NCBI GenBank assembly: GCA_041601615.1 | Contig: JBFIHX010000004.1 | Coordinates: 96,001-160,000, forward strand | Origin: Thermoplasmatota archaeon | Lineage (GTDB): Archaea > Thermoplasmatota > E2 > JACPAO01 > JAHFTW01 | DNA length: 64,000 nt | Reading direction: 5' to 3' | Shown here: positions 1-9,552 of the stretch, in pieces | Layout: every line of letters starts with the position of its first letter | How positions within the stretch are numbered: the stretch's first letter is position 1 | The notes under the pieces: generated by a model | Told to the model about the DNA's origin: nothing | The model's input: only the letters and a program-made list of their open reading frames with translations | Database searches by the model: none | Position numbers and translations under genes: made by a program

Positions 1-314
1 CAACTGCCGTGGTAGAACCATTTGAGGGGCTTGGGGTCGAAGGCGTGGTCTTGGAAGTACATTCGCATGACGGGTGCGGTCAGTTCCGGGCGGAGCGTCA
101 TTTTGCGCTTGCCCTTGTCTTCGAAATTGTATAATTCGGAGATGATGCCGTCGCCGCTTTTGGCGGTAAACAATTCCAATTCCTCGAAGGTGGGCGTTTG
201 GACCTCGTGGAATGCAAAGCGCCGAAACACGTCGCGGATGCAGGCGGCGGCCCAGGTTCGAGCGGCCATTTCGTCGGGCCCGAAGTCGCGGGTGCCTCGG
301 GGTCGGTTCGCCAT
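1..314 (-). CDS. hisS: Histidyl-tRNA synthetase, N-terminal part (runs off window)
   Basis: Manual translation from ATG 314: [16 protein letters not shown]...[50 protein letters not shown], with the HisRS PRGTRD and LRPELT motifs. Not in the ORF track. Confidence 0.95.
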   Translation of the reverse strand, partial: MANRPRGTRDFGPDEMAARTWAAACIRDVFRRFAFHEVQTPTFEELELFTAKSGDGIISELYNFEDKGKRKMTLRPELTAPVMRMYFQDHAFDPKPLKWFYHGS

Positions 315-416
315 GCCGTGCGCACTTTGGGGGGTGTCAAATGCGTACCGGCCGAGACACTTGGGACCACTGCCTAGGTTCGCGCTTCTTTTATCAGGGC
401 TTTCGGTGGGAATTCC

Positions 417-1859
417 ATGGTCGTCCGGGCCCGTGGCCTCCCGTCCTTGCTGCTCCTGCTGCTTTTGCTTGCCCCCTTGGCGAGCGCGGGCTCTGTGGAT
501 GATCCAGAACTGACCGATCCTTCCGGTGACGCCGATGATGGCATTCCGAACACCGACTACACGGGCATTGACATCATCAAGGTCTGGGTTTCCTCCGAGA
601 ACGCCACGCATGTATTCGTGATGGTGCAGACCGTCGGCAACATCCAGGAAGGGAATCAGCAACAGTTCAGTTTCCAGCTTTTCTTGACGCACAATTCGAC
701 CGAGCAGAGGATTCCCGTGGAGCTTGCGGGCTCCACGCCGAGTGTTGGTTCCATCGCGGGCAACATTCTCGAAGTGCCGTTCTCCAAGGCGGACTTTGCG
801 GGCATCCGTCCTGGTGATGTTCTCGATTCTTTGTCTGTGATCTCCACCGGAACCACCGGGGCCTCGTCCATCAGCAGCGCTGGCGACCGTGCCCCTGACG
901 AGGACGCCGCTCCGGCTCGCAACTACACCGTTGGTTCGCAAGCGATTGCGGGCGTGGATTATGATGGCGATGGCCTCGATGACCGCGACGAGCTTCGCAA
1001 CGGGACGAATCCTGCCAAAGCGGACACCGACGGCGACGGGCTCAGCGATTCGGACGAGTTGAACCGGGGCACAGACCCGAACAACGCGGACACGGACGGC
1101 GATGGCCTTTCGGACGGCGCGGAGGTTGCTCTTGGCACCGATCCACTGCTGGCAGACTCCGACAACGATGGCCTTAGCGATGGCGACGAGGTCAACGTCC
1201 ACGGCACGGATCCCCTTAAGGCCGACACGGACGAAGATGGGATCTCAGACGCGGATGAATTGACCTTCCAAACGGATCCGACGAAAGCGGACACGGACGG
1301 CGACGGCATCGACGACAAGACGGAGCTGGAAAACGACCGTTTGAATCCCCGCGATGCAAGCGATGGCCTTGCGGACCCGGACGGCGACGGTGTGAGCACG
1401 GCCGATGAGTTGGCGGCGGGCACGGATCCGTTCACGAGCGACTTGGACGACGGCAAGCTCACAGATGCGGGCCCCGGTGGCATCGCCTTGTGGATCTGGA
1501 TCGCCCTCGCGGTGATTGTGCTGCTTCTGCTGGTGCTGCTGTTCGTGCTCTTGGCGCGTCGTCGCCGTGAGCCGAAGGAAGATGCGGTACCCGAGGACAT
1601 CGTCGAGGTGGAGGAGTACTCCGAGTTGGACGATGATGATGCGCCGTTTGTTTTGAGCGAGGACTACCTTCGCGAGGGACTTTCGGACGAAGAAGTGGAT
1701 GCTGCCCGCGCTCGTTTCATGGACCGTGAGAAGCGGTTCTGGGACAACAGCAACCCCGACCGAAGCCGCGAGCACGACGACGAGGACCTTCCGGCTCCTT
1801 GGGGCGACCACGCGGAAGGCAGTGCGCCTCGCCGGCTCTGGAAGAAGCGCGACGAGTAG
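417..1859 (+). CDS. Secreted, membrane-anchored protein with Ca-binding D-T-D-G-D-G-L-S-D (TSP3-like) repeats
   Basis: Signal peptide, about 7 tandem DxDGDGLSDxxE...GTDP repeats, C-terminal TM ([13 protein letters not shown]...RRRR) and an acidic tail. Confidence 0.85.
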   Translation: MVVRARGLPSLLLLLLLLAPLASAGSVDDPELTDPSGDADDGIPNTDYTGIDIIKVWVSSENATHVFVMVQTVGNIQEGNQQQFSFQLFLTHNSTEQRIPVELAGSTPSVGSIAGNILEVPFSKADFAGIRPGDVLDSLSVISTGTTGASSISSAGDRAPDEDAAPARNYTVGSQAIAGVDYDGDGLDDRDELRNGTNPAKADTDGDGLSDSDELNRGTDPNNADTDGDGLSDGAEVALGTDPLLADSDNDGLSDGDEVNVHGTDPLKADTDEDGISDADELTFQTDPTKADTDGDGIDDKTELENDRLNPRDASDGLADPDGDGVSTADELAAGTDPFTSDLDDGKLTDAGPGGIALWIWIALAVIVLLLLVLLFVLLARRRREPKEDAVPEDIVEVEEYSELDDDDAPFVLSEDYLREGLSDEEVDAARARFMDREKRFWDNSNPDRSREHDDEDLPAPWGDHAEGSAPRRLWKKRDE

Positions 1860-1974
1860 TTCGATTTCCGTGGCTCCGGCCCGGTGAGGCTTGTTCAAGC
1901 TGCAAACGGGGAGCGGACGCTCAGGAAAGGACCTAGGTGCGCCGCGTGGGCGCATGATGCCGGTGGACGCTCGA

Positions 1975-3369
1975 TTAGAGGTCCTTGGTTTCGGCCATCA
2001 CTTGGTCGATGATTTCATCGACTGGGCCGACGTAGTTGGCGGGGTCTACGGCTTCGTGTACTCCGGCTTCTCCGAGCAAGCCGGTGATGATGGAGTGGCG
2101 AAGGAGCGCTTCGCGGTAGTGGCTGCCGTCTGCGATGGATTCCATGGCAGCTTCGCGGGCAACTTCGTGGGCTTCTTGGCGGCCCATGCCTTTCTCGGTG
2201 AGGGCAATCATCACGGCTTCGGCCATCATGAGGCCCTGGGCGCGTTCCATGTTGAGCGCCATGCGGTCGGGGCGGACGCGCAGGTGCGTGAAGACGTCCT
2301 CCATTTTGTGCACGCACCAGTCGACGAGGATGAACATGTGCGGGTGGATGAAGCGCTCGGGGGCCGAGTTGGCAAGGTCGCGTTCGTTCCATTGCACGGC
2401 GTTTTCCCAGCTTGGAATCAGCATGCTGCGGGCTAGGCGGGCCAGGCCGGAGACCTGCTCCGAGGTGATGGGGTTCTGTTTGTGGGGCATCGTGGAGGAG
2501 CCCACTTGTTTTGCTACGTCGAAGCCTTCGGCGACTTCGCCAATTTCGGTGCGTTGGAGGGTGCGGACTTCTGTGGCGAATTTCTCGAGGCTGGTTGCGA
2601 TGTTGGCGAGGTGCGAGAGAAGTTCGATGTAGCGGTCGCGTTGGATGATTTGGGTGCTGGCGGTGGTCGGGCGCAGGCCGAGGCGGTCGCAGACGATTTG
2701 CTGAACTTGGATGCCTTTGCCTCGGAAGGCGGCCATGCTGCCGGTAGCACCCGACATCATGCCGACTTCGATGCGCTTGCGCACTTCGGCAAGGCGTTGG
2801 AGGTGGCGGCCGGTTTCGCTGGCAAAGACGGCCATTTTGAGGCCGAAGGTGATGGGGACGGCACTTTGGCCGTGGGTGCGGCCGAGCATCGTGGTGTGGC
2901 GGTGCTCGTCGGCAAGCTTCAGGAGGGCGTTGCGCAGGGCGCGCAGGCGTTCGGCGACGAGGTTGGTGGCGTCGCGAAATTGCAGCGCGTTGGCGGTGTC
3001 GATGGTGTCGTAGCTGGTGGCGCCTTGGTGGACGTACTTGCCGGGCATCAGCTCGGGGAAGTCTTCGTCGGCGGCTTCGGTCATGGCTTTGACGACGGCC
3101 ATGAGGTCGTGGCGGATTTCGGCTTCGATTTCCTTGACGCGCTCTGGCGTGACGCGGCCGGGGTTGTCGGCGACTGCTTGCAGCGCTTCGGCGGCCGCAA
3201 GGGGCACGGTGCCGGTTTCGGCGTGTGCGTGGGCGAGTGCCGCTTCCACTTGCATGAGGTAGCGCAATCGGCTTTCTTCGCTGAAGACTTGCTTCATCTC
3301 AGCTCGGCCGTAGCGGTAGTCGAGGGGGCAAACCAGTCCGTCCACGAATGCGGCGAGGGGGCGCGCCAT
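1975..3369 (-). CDS. purB: Adenylosuccinate lyase
   Basis: GSSTMPHKQNP signature, GRTHGQ, HQGATSYD. Start placed at ATG 3369. Confidence 0.95.
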   Translation of the reverse strand: MARPLAAFVDGLVCPLDYRYGRAEMKQVFSEESRLRYLMQVEAALAHAHAETGTVPLAAAEALQAVADNPGRVTPERVKEIEAEIRHDLMAVVKAMTEAADEDFPELMPGKYVHQGATSYDTIDTANALQFRDATNLVAERLRALRNALLKLADEHRHTTMLGRTHGQSAVPITFGLKMAVFASETGRHLQRLAEVRKRIEVGMMSGATGSMAAFRGKGIQVQQIVCDRLGLRPTTASTQIIQRDRYIELLSHLANIATSLEKFATEVRTLQRTEIGEVAEGFDVAKQVGSSTMPHKQNPITSEQVSGLARLARSMLIPSWENAVQWNERDLANSAPERFIHPHMFILVDWCVHKMEDVFTHLRVRPDRMALNMERAQGLMMAEAVMIALTEKGMGRQEAHEVAREAAMESIADGSHYREALLRHSIITGLLGEAGVHEAVDPANYVGPVDEIIDQVMAETKDL

Positions 3370-3447
3370 GAAAGGGCTTCGACGGCTTGGTTCAGGGCGT
3401 GTACGTTGTGCCACAAGGGTCACATGACCGGATTCCTCCTCCGTTTC

Positions 3448-5211
3448 ATGCGCACACCCCGTGTCGTCTGGTTGGCCTCCTTGTTGGTACTAGTTGCTCT
3501 TGGCGGTTGCTTGACGAGCGACTCCAGCGCGGACCCATCGGATTCCGACTCCGAGTCTCCTGTTCGCCTTGGAGTGGAGGAATGGAAGGCACGGCTGTCG
3601 CAACCGATGTACGGTGCGGTGACGGAGTCCATTGTTGGGCTGACGGCCGAGGACGGGGCCCATCTGAGTTTGACACTGTTTTTGCCGGCGGGCCTGGAGG
3701 CGGGCGAGAAGGTTCCAACACTGATGGAATTGACGCCGTATCAGACCCTGGACCGGGGGCTTGGTGCGCTTTCCACTTCGCCCCATGCGGGCAGCGGTTG
3801 GCAGGAGATGGTTCTGCGGGGCATCGCGTTTGTTCGCGCCGACGCTCGAGGCACCCACAGTTCCGAGGGTTGCCTGGACTTTGGCGGCGAGATTGACCGC
3901 AGTGATGCTCGGGTGTTTATGGATTGGATTCGTGCGCAGCCTTGGAGCAATGGTCGCATCGTGACGGATGGCGTGAGTCATCCGGGGATGGGCAGTGTGG
4001 TGGCGCACGTGGCGGACCCACAGCTCACGGCGGCGATTGCCACGGCCCCCGTGGTCAGCTACTACATGGACGAGTGGTACCAGGGCGCAAAGTACGACAA
4101 CCAGTTCAACGGACCTGCCTATCAGGCCATTGAACTTGCGCCGACGACGTCCACGAAGCCGGACGATGTGGTGGCGCAAGCGGCACCGTGCACGGGCAAA
4201 ACCGCGACGGATTTTGGCATCGATGGCACCTGGGGCCCGTTGTGGCAGGAGCGCGACCTTGCCCTCACGCTCGAATCCGAACTGGAGGCCGGCACAGCGT
4301 ACTCGGCTCCGATTCTCATCAATCAAGGTTTTGCCGACTTGAACGTGCAACCGGATCACGCGCAAATGTACTGGGACTCGCTCCCGGATTCGTTCCCTAA
4401 GTCCATGATTCTGGGTTGGTGGTACCACTCTTGGCCCACCATGGAGGGACACCCGGCGGAGCATTTTTCGGACGTTCGCCAGCGATTCTTTGATCACTAC
4501 TTGCTGGGCATCGACAATGGCTGGGAAGCCGAGCCCCGCGTGGTCGTGGAGGACTCCCAGGGTACCTGGCATGAGAGCCATGATTGGCCTTTGGATGGGA
4601 GCGAGCGCTGGATGCTTTGGGCCTCTGAAGCCTTGGGACTCGCCCGACTCCCCACTGCGGATGGTTCTGCAAGCTACGCAGATCCGTTGCCGCGGGACCA
4701 GGACTCGGAAAGCGCCCGCCTGCGGTTTCGTGGCGATCCTGTGGAATCGGCGAAGTTGGTCAACGGGCAACCCGTGGTGGAGTTGGTCGCTTCGAGCAGC
4801 GGGTCCGAGACAAAATGGGTCGCGTTCCTTCTCGATGAGGCCCCCGATGGTTCCGTGGAACGCATCAGCCATGGCGCGACGGACAGCCACCGGTTGCACG
4901 AGCGCGACGAAGCGTGGAGTGCCTTGACGCCGAGAGAATCCAAGACTTGGACCATGAAGCTCCTGCCCACCGCGTATGTGTTGGAGGAGGGCCACCGCCT
5001 CGTCTTGGAAATCAGCAGCCAGGAGAGCAACATGATTCGTTTGGCGGATCGTTGCTGGGACGACCACCGAGGCGGCTCGTATTGTCCAAACGGAATCCTT
5101 CCCTCCGTCACAGCGGGCCGGGCCATCAATACGGTGCAGACGGGAGCCGAGGGCACAAGGGTCTTCGTGGATTTGGTGGACCCTGCGCTCAATGCGATCG
5201 GCCTCCACTAA
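3448..5211 (+). CDS. CocE/NonD family hydrolase (peptidase S15-like) lipoprotein
   Basis: Lipobox LGGC, TPY motif, DARGTHSSEG, G-V-S-H-P-G nucleophile elbow, C-terminal PepX-like domain. Confidence 0.85.
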   Translation: MRTPRVVWLASLLVLVALGGCLTSDSSADPSDSDSESPVRLGVEEWKARLSQPMYGAVTESIVGLTAEDGAHLSLTLFLPAGLEAGEKVPTLMELTPYQTLDRGLGALSTSPHAGSGWQEMVLRGIAFVRADARGTHSSEGCLDFGGEIDRSDARVFMDWIRAQPWSNGRIVTDGVSHPGMGSVVAHVADPQLTAAIATAPVVSYYMDEWYQGAKYDNQFNGPAYQAIELAPTTSTKPDDVVAQAAPCTGKTATDFGIDGTWGPLWQERDLALTLESELEAGTAYSAPILINQGFADLNVQPDHAQMYWDSLPDSFPKSMILGWWYHSWPTMEGHPAEHFSDVRQRFFDHYLLGIDNGWEAEPRVVVEDSQGTWHESHDWPLDGSERWMLWASEALGLARLPTADGSASYADPLPRDQDSESARLRFRGDPVESAKLVNGQPVVELVASSSGSETKWVAFLLDEAPDGSVERISHGATDSHRLHERDEAWSALTPRESKTWTMKLLPTAYVLEEGHRLVLEISSQESNMIRLADRCWDDHRGGSYCPNGILPSVTAGRAINTVQTGAEGTRVFVDLVDPALNAIGLH

Positions 5212-5408
5212 GAGGGAGCCAAACTCGGGCGGAAACCGGGAAGCGGCCCGGCGACTTTCTCCACTCATGTGCGCGCCATGCGTGCGCGCGCGTCCTGTTT
5301 TGATGCTGCCAGATCAGCGGCCGAAAAATGGTCGGCAGGAAATGCGCACGGCACCTTCGGATAACGGTCCAAGGCAGGGGAAGAAGGAGGGAAAAGGTTC
5401 GTTCGGGC

Positions 5409-8048
5409 TTACCAAGCGCCGTTGTCGCTCCACCAGTCGGCGCCGATGGAGAAGCTGTTGCCGGAGGTTGGCGTGGGCGGGCTCTTGCAGGGCCAGGTCA
5501 AGACGGTGCCCCAGAAGCTCGGGCCCAGAACACTTGGGCTGCCGAGGGTGGGTCCGGTGGGCCAGGTTCCAAGCAGGTAGCCGTTTTGTTGGCAGCCGTT
5601 GCGTTCGACGGCTTCCGAGTAGCTGTCTTGTCCGAAGACATCCACGAGAATGCCTGCGGCATAGATGTCCTGGGTGTTGGTCAGGCACTGGGGTTCGATG
5701 TCGCCAAAGGGAGGCTGCATCGCAATGGCCATGCAGACGTTTGCCGGATGCAGCGGGGTGGGCTGCGAGGCGTAGGAGTACGCTTGCACGTGGGTGTCCC
5801 ATGGCTGCGGCACACCATACTGGTAGGCATGGGCGTCGTAGGTGTCCGATCCGCCTACGGAGTACAGTTGTCCGATTCCGTTGACGCCGGCGCCTTGTCC
5901 TTTCACGTCGGTGACCGGCATGGGTGCGTCCGCGTCGGCTTGGAGCCAGTAGTTGTCGTGGCCGGCGAGGTCTACGAGGGTGCCGATGGGCGGCATGGTG
6001 TGGCCGGGCGTGCTTGCGGCCGCACCGGGGTTGATGGCCCCGATGTACTTGGTGAGGTCCTGCGCCATCTCCAACACCGATTGCAGGGTCAGATCTTGCA
6101 GGGAAATCTGTTTGATTTGGGGCGGCTTGATTTGAATCCGCGTCAAATCGAGGTTGGGCACGACCTTGTTTGCCATTCCTTGGCCGTACGTGATGGCGTC
6201 GGCTGGCCCGATGGGGTTCGTGGCGCGGGTGAAGGCATGGTAGTGGTCGTAGGCGTCGACGAGGCCGGTTCGCGTACTGCCAAGGTTGCAGGGCGTGGCG
6301 GCTGCCACAGCACTGTCGATGGCGCCTGATGCGAGTCCGAGTGGGCGGACCTTTGGCGGGTTCATGGCGCATCCGTCGGGTTCGATGGGGCCAAGCGATA
6401 GCAGGGCGCCGTGCACGTAGGAGGCGGGCCCGAAGCTCAGGTACGGCGAGTCAAACCGGTCGTACATGAGGTTGCCCGCGAAGCCTTGGACGTACAGGTG
6501 GGAGCTGGCCTTGCAGCCTTCGGAGCGGGCGTCGGAGTTGGCGTGGAAGCTGTCTCGGACTCCGTGGTCGGCGTCGAGCAGAATGCCTTGGCCGAACCAT
6601 CCGGAGGCGCCTTGTCCGACGCCGACGGCGCGGCTGGTCACGGTGCAGTATCCGGGTGAGTCGGAGGAGACGTCGATGTTGTACGAGTCGCTTCCGAGCA
6701 AGTCAGCCAGCAAGCCGAGGGGTAGTTCGCATTCGGCAGAGGTGCCGTCTGCGGCTACGACGCCTGCTTTGTTGGCGCTGCATGGGCTTGGTACGCAGAG
6801 CCTGGACATGTCGCTGTCGAGGGAGCAGTTTCCGCCCGCGTTGTTGAATTGCGGGTGGATGGCGCTCTCAAGGTTCACGCCTTGTGCGAAGACGTATGCG
6901 TGGCTGCCTTTTTGGCCGGATGCGGCGGAGGCGGAGGCGTGGGCGCCTGCGTAGTAGTGGTCGTCGCCTTCTTTGTCGGCGAGGATTCCGATGCCGCCGA
7001 TGGAGACGCCTTGTGCGTTTGTGTGGGCGTTGTTGTCGGGGTCATCGCCGCGTTCTTCGGTGTACGAGAAGTACGAGTCGTGGCCTGTGTCGTCGCCGAG
7101 GAGGCCAAAGCCGGCGTCCATGCCGACTCCTTGTACGAAGGAGTAGGAGAGGTTCCAGTGGCAGTTTTGTTGCAGAGTGTTGGCGTTGTAGGTGTAGTAG
7201 CGGTCGTCGCCGGATGCGTCGATGAGTGCGCCGACGCCGGCAACGCCCACGCCTTGGGCGTAGATTTGCTGGAGGTGGTAGCCCCAGCATAGGTTGGCTT
7301 GGTTTCCGAGGCTCATGTCGTAGCGGTCGTCGCCCCAGCGGTCAAAGAGAACGCCGATGCCGCCGATGCCGACGCCTTGGCTCCAGCCGGAGTCGCCGTG
7401 GTTGGGGTGTTGGCTTCCGGTGCTGTATCGATCGTTGCCGCCGAGGTCTGCGATGATGCTGACGGGTGCTCGGAGGTTCGACCAGGGGGTGCCGGTGGCG
7501 GCGTAGTTGTCGTAGCAGTCGTCGCCGCCTGTTTCGATGATGAGCATGCGCTCGACGAAGTAGCAGTCGCTGCCGGGTCCGCCCACTTCGATGGAGCCGC
7601 TTGGGTCGATCCAAGTGGCGGAGATGGTGATGGTTGGCAGCGCGTGGACGGCGTCGATGATGGCTTGTGCGGCGTCTTGCAGGGGTTGGGTGTCGAGGTT
7701 GTCCAGTTGGTCTTCGAGCCATTTTTGGTTCTCGATGCTGACGGCGGTGCGTTCTTTTTGGGGCACTTGCGCGTGTAGCAGGAGGTCCCAGAATCGGTCT
7801 GGGTCGTCGAGGTCTGCAAAGACTTGGGCGCGGGTTTCCACGGCGGCTGCGAGCGCTTCCACGGCGGGCGCTATTGCCGGGTCCGGCGCTTGGACGGTCT
7901 GCCGTGGGAAGTCCAGGGCGTCGTAGAGGTGATCGAATGCGCGTTGTGTGGGGTCCACGTTGGGCGCGGTGGGTGTGTTCATGGCCACTGCGGGGGTCAG
8001 TAAGAGTGTGACCAGCAGTAGGCTTTGGAGGGCGGTTCGGGGGTTCAT
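5409..8048 (-). CDS. Large secreted protein with QG...G.L.D..G.D.Y repeats, Cys-rich
   Basis: Signal peptide from ATG 8048 (MNPRTALQSLLLV...), repeated DxxGxDxY motifs, many paired Cys. Confidence 0.75.
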   Translation of the reverse strand: MNPRTALQSLLLVTLLLTPAVAMNTPTAPNVDPTQRAFDHLYDALDFPRQTVQAPDPAIAPAVEALAAAVETRAQVFADLDDPDRFWDLLLHAQVPQKERTAVSIENQKWLEDQLDNLDTQPLQDAAQAIIDAVHALPTITISATWIDPSGSIEVGGPGSDCYFVERMLIIETGGDDCYDNYAATGTPWSNLRAPVSIIADLGGNDRYSTGSQHPNHGDSGWSQGVGIGGIGVLFDRWGDDRYDMSLGNQANLCWGYHLQQIYAQGVGVAGVGALIDASGDDRYYTYNANTLQQNCHWNLSYSFVQGVGMDAGFGLLGDDTGHDSYFSYTEERGDDPDNNAHTNAQGVSIGGIGILADKEGDDHYYAGAHASASAASGQKGSHAYVFAQGVNLESAIHPQFNNAGGNCSLDSDMSRLCVPSPCSANKAGVVAADGTSAECELPLGLLADLLGSDSYNIDVSSDSPGYCTVTSRAVGVGQGASGWFGQGILLDADHGVRDSFHANSDARSEGCKASSHLYVQGFAGNLMYDRFDSPYLSFGPASYVHGALLSLGPIEPDGCAMNPPKVRPLGLASGAIDSAVAAATPCNLGSTRTGLVDAYDHYHAFTRATNPIGPADAITYGQGMANKVVPNLDLTRIQIKPPQIKQISLQDLTLQSVLEMAQDLTKYIGAINPGAAASTPGHTMPPIGTLVDLAGHDNYWLQADADAPMPVTDVKGQGAGVNGIGQLYSVGGSDTYDAHAYQYGVPQPWDTHVQAYSYASQPTPLHPANVCMAIAMQPPFGDIEPQCLTNTQDIYAAGILVDVFGQDSYSEAVERNGCQQNGYLLGTWPTGPTLGSPSVLGPSFWGTVLTWPCKSPPTPTSGNSFSIGADWWSDNGAW

Positions 8049-8061
8049 GGGTTTTCCTTTT

Positions 8062-8081
8062 GGTTGGTTGGTTGGTTGGTT
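8062..8081. repeat. (GGTT)5 microsatellite
   Basis: Direct reading. Lies between the 8110 stop and the 8048 start. Confidence 0.9.
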
Positions 8082-8109
8082 GGGTGTGGTGGTGTGTGAG
8101 TGGGATGCG

Positions 8110-9312
8110 TTATTCGGAGGCAGGCGGGTCTGGGTAGGGTGCTGTTGCCCAGGGTGAGAGGGTAACGGGGCCTCGTATTCGGTTGGTTTCGGGCGGGTCG
8201 TGGCCCCACCAGTTGTTGGGCACATGGAGCGTGGTTTCGCCGGTGTTGTCGAGTAGGATGCCGGAGCCGACGATGTTGTTGTCTTGAAGGAGGATGCCGG
8301 GGTGCGTGGTGAGGTTGAGGAGGGTGCCGTGGCCGGAGATGGAGGAATGGGTGAGTTGGACGGGGCCCCGGGCGCGGAGGGCGGTTTGAACGTCGGTGAT
8401 GTGGAGGCGGTCTAGGGTGGCGTTTCCTTCATTGAGAAACAGGGCGAGGTTGCCTCCTTGGAAGGTGGAGTTTTGCAACGTGAGGTTGCTTGCGAATGCG
8501 GTGATGCCGTGCCCACTTGCCTGGAACATGGTGGCTTGGATGGTGGCATCGCTGTCGCGCAGGTAGATGCCGCATTCTTGCAGAAAGGTTCCTTCCTGCA
8601 ATGCGAGGGTGCTGGATTCGAGGCGCAAGCCGTAGTCGAGGGTGGAGCGTGACTGGATGGAGCGCAATTGAAGCGTGGATCGTTCGGCGTGGATGCCGTA
8701 TCCGGTGATGTTGTCCCAGGTGCCTTGTTGGATGTGGATGTGACTGTCGAAGAGTCGTACCGCATTTCCTTGGGCGTTTTGGAATTGGATGTTTTCTGCG
8801 AAGATCGTGCCCCTCGTGGCGCGAATCAGTTCCCCGGGGCTGTCTTGGAGCGTGGTGTCAAAGAGGGCGAGGGAGCCATGGATTTGCAGGGCACCGGCGG
8901 AGAGGTGGATGGTGCTGTTGCGGATTTCTAGGGTGCCGTCGACAATGAAGCGGACATGGCGAAGGTTAGCGTGGTCCAGCACTAGGTGGACGCCTGGTGG
9001 GACATGCACCACGGCGGCGCGATCGTCGCCTGCGGCTGGTGCGAAGTCAAGGTGGTTCCATGTGGTGGATGCGGGAAGGGTGAACGATGCTCCTTGTTCA
9101 AGCATCGATGCCGCGGGGGCTGGCGCGCTGCAACCGGACAGCATACTGAGTGTGATGGCAAGGGCTAGAATCGTGGCGCAGGTGGCGGCGCGGGGCGTGG
9201 CGCGGGGGCCGGTGCGCAGAGTGGCGCCGGAAGTGGTGCTGTGGGTGATTGCGTTGCGCGCATGGCGGCACGTTGGGGATGAGCTCCTTCTTGTGCAATT
9301 GTTGGAACGCAT
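8110..9312 (-). CDS. Right-handed parallel beta-helix (NosD/pectin-lyase-like) lipoprotein; start uncertain
   Basis: Lipobox LSGC, repeated GIxxxxSxxxIxxxxF strands, terminal NNWWG motif. Confidence 0.7.
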   Translation of the reverse strand: MRSNNCTRRSSSPTCRHARNAITHSTTSGATLRTGPRATPRAATCATILALAITLSMLSGCSAPAPAASMLEQGASFTLPASTTWNHLDFAPAAGDDRAAVVHVPPGVHLVLDHANLRHVRFIVDGTLEIRNSTIHLSAGALQIHGSLALFDTTLQDSPGELIRATRGTIFAENIQFQNAQGNAVRLFDSHIHIQQGTWDNITGYGIHAERSTLQLRSIQSRSTLDYGLRLESSTLALQEGTFLQECGIYLRDSDATIQATMFQASGHGITAFASNLTLQNSTFQGGNLALFLNEGNATLDRLHITDVQTALRARGPVQLTHSSISGHGTLLNLTTHPGILLQDNNIVGSGILLDNTGETTLHVPNNWWGHDPPETNRIRGPVTLSPWATAPYPDPPASE

Positions 9313-9552
9313 CCTGGGACACTTCGTCAATTTGACTATCAGTGTATTCGTTGTTTTGTTCCCCCTTGATTTCGTGGATCGAGCCGGGAAACGGCCACCA
9401 AGGATGGGGAAATGCCAGGGGAGTCAGGGGTATTGCATCGGCGCTTGCTCGCGGAGCGCCGACTCCATGGATATGCAAAGGGAACGAAGGAAAAAGTGGG
9501 GAAAAGCACGGATAATGCAAGGGCCCTAGGGGCCCAAGATCAAGACCTCGAA

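Noticed and set aside
2482-3447. N-terminal extension of the 909-aa ORF and other long antisense ORFs
   Set aside because: These are shadow frames of real genes in GC-rich DNA. Here the extension overlaps purB, and the lipoprotein signal begins at 3448.
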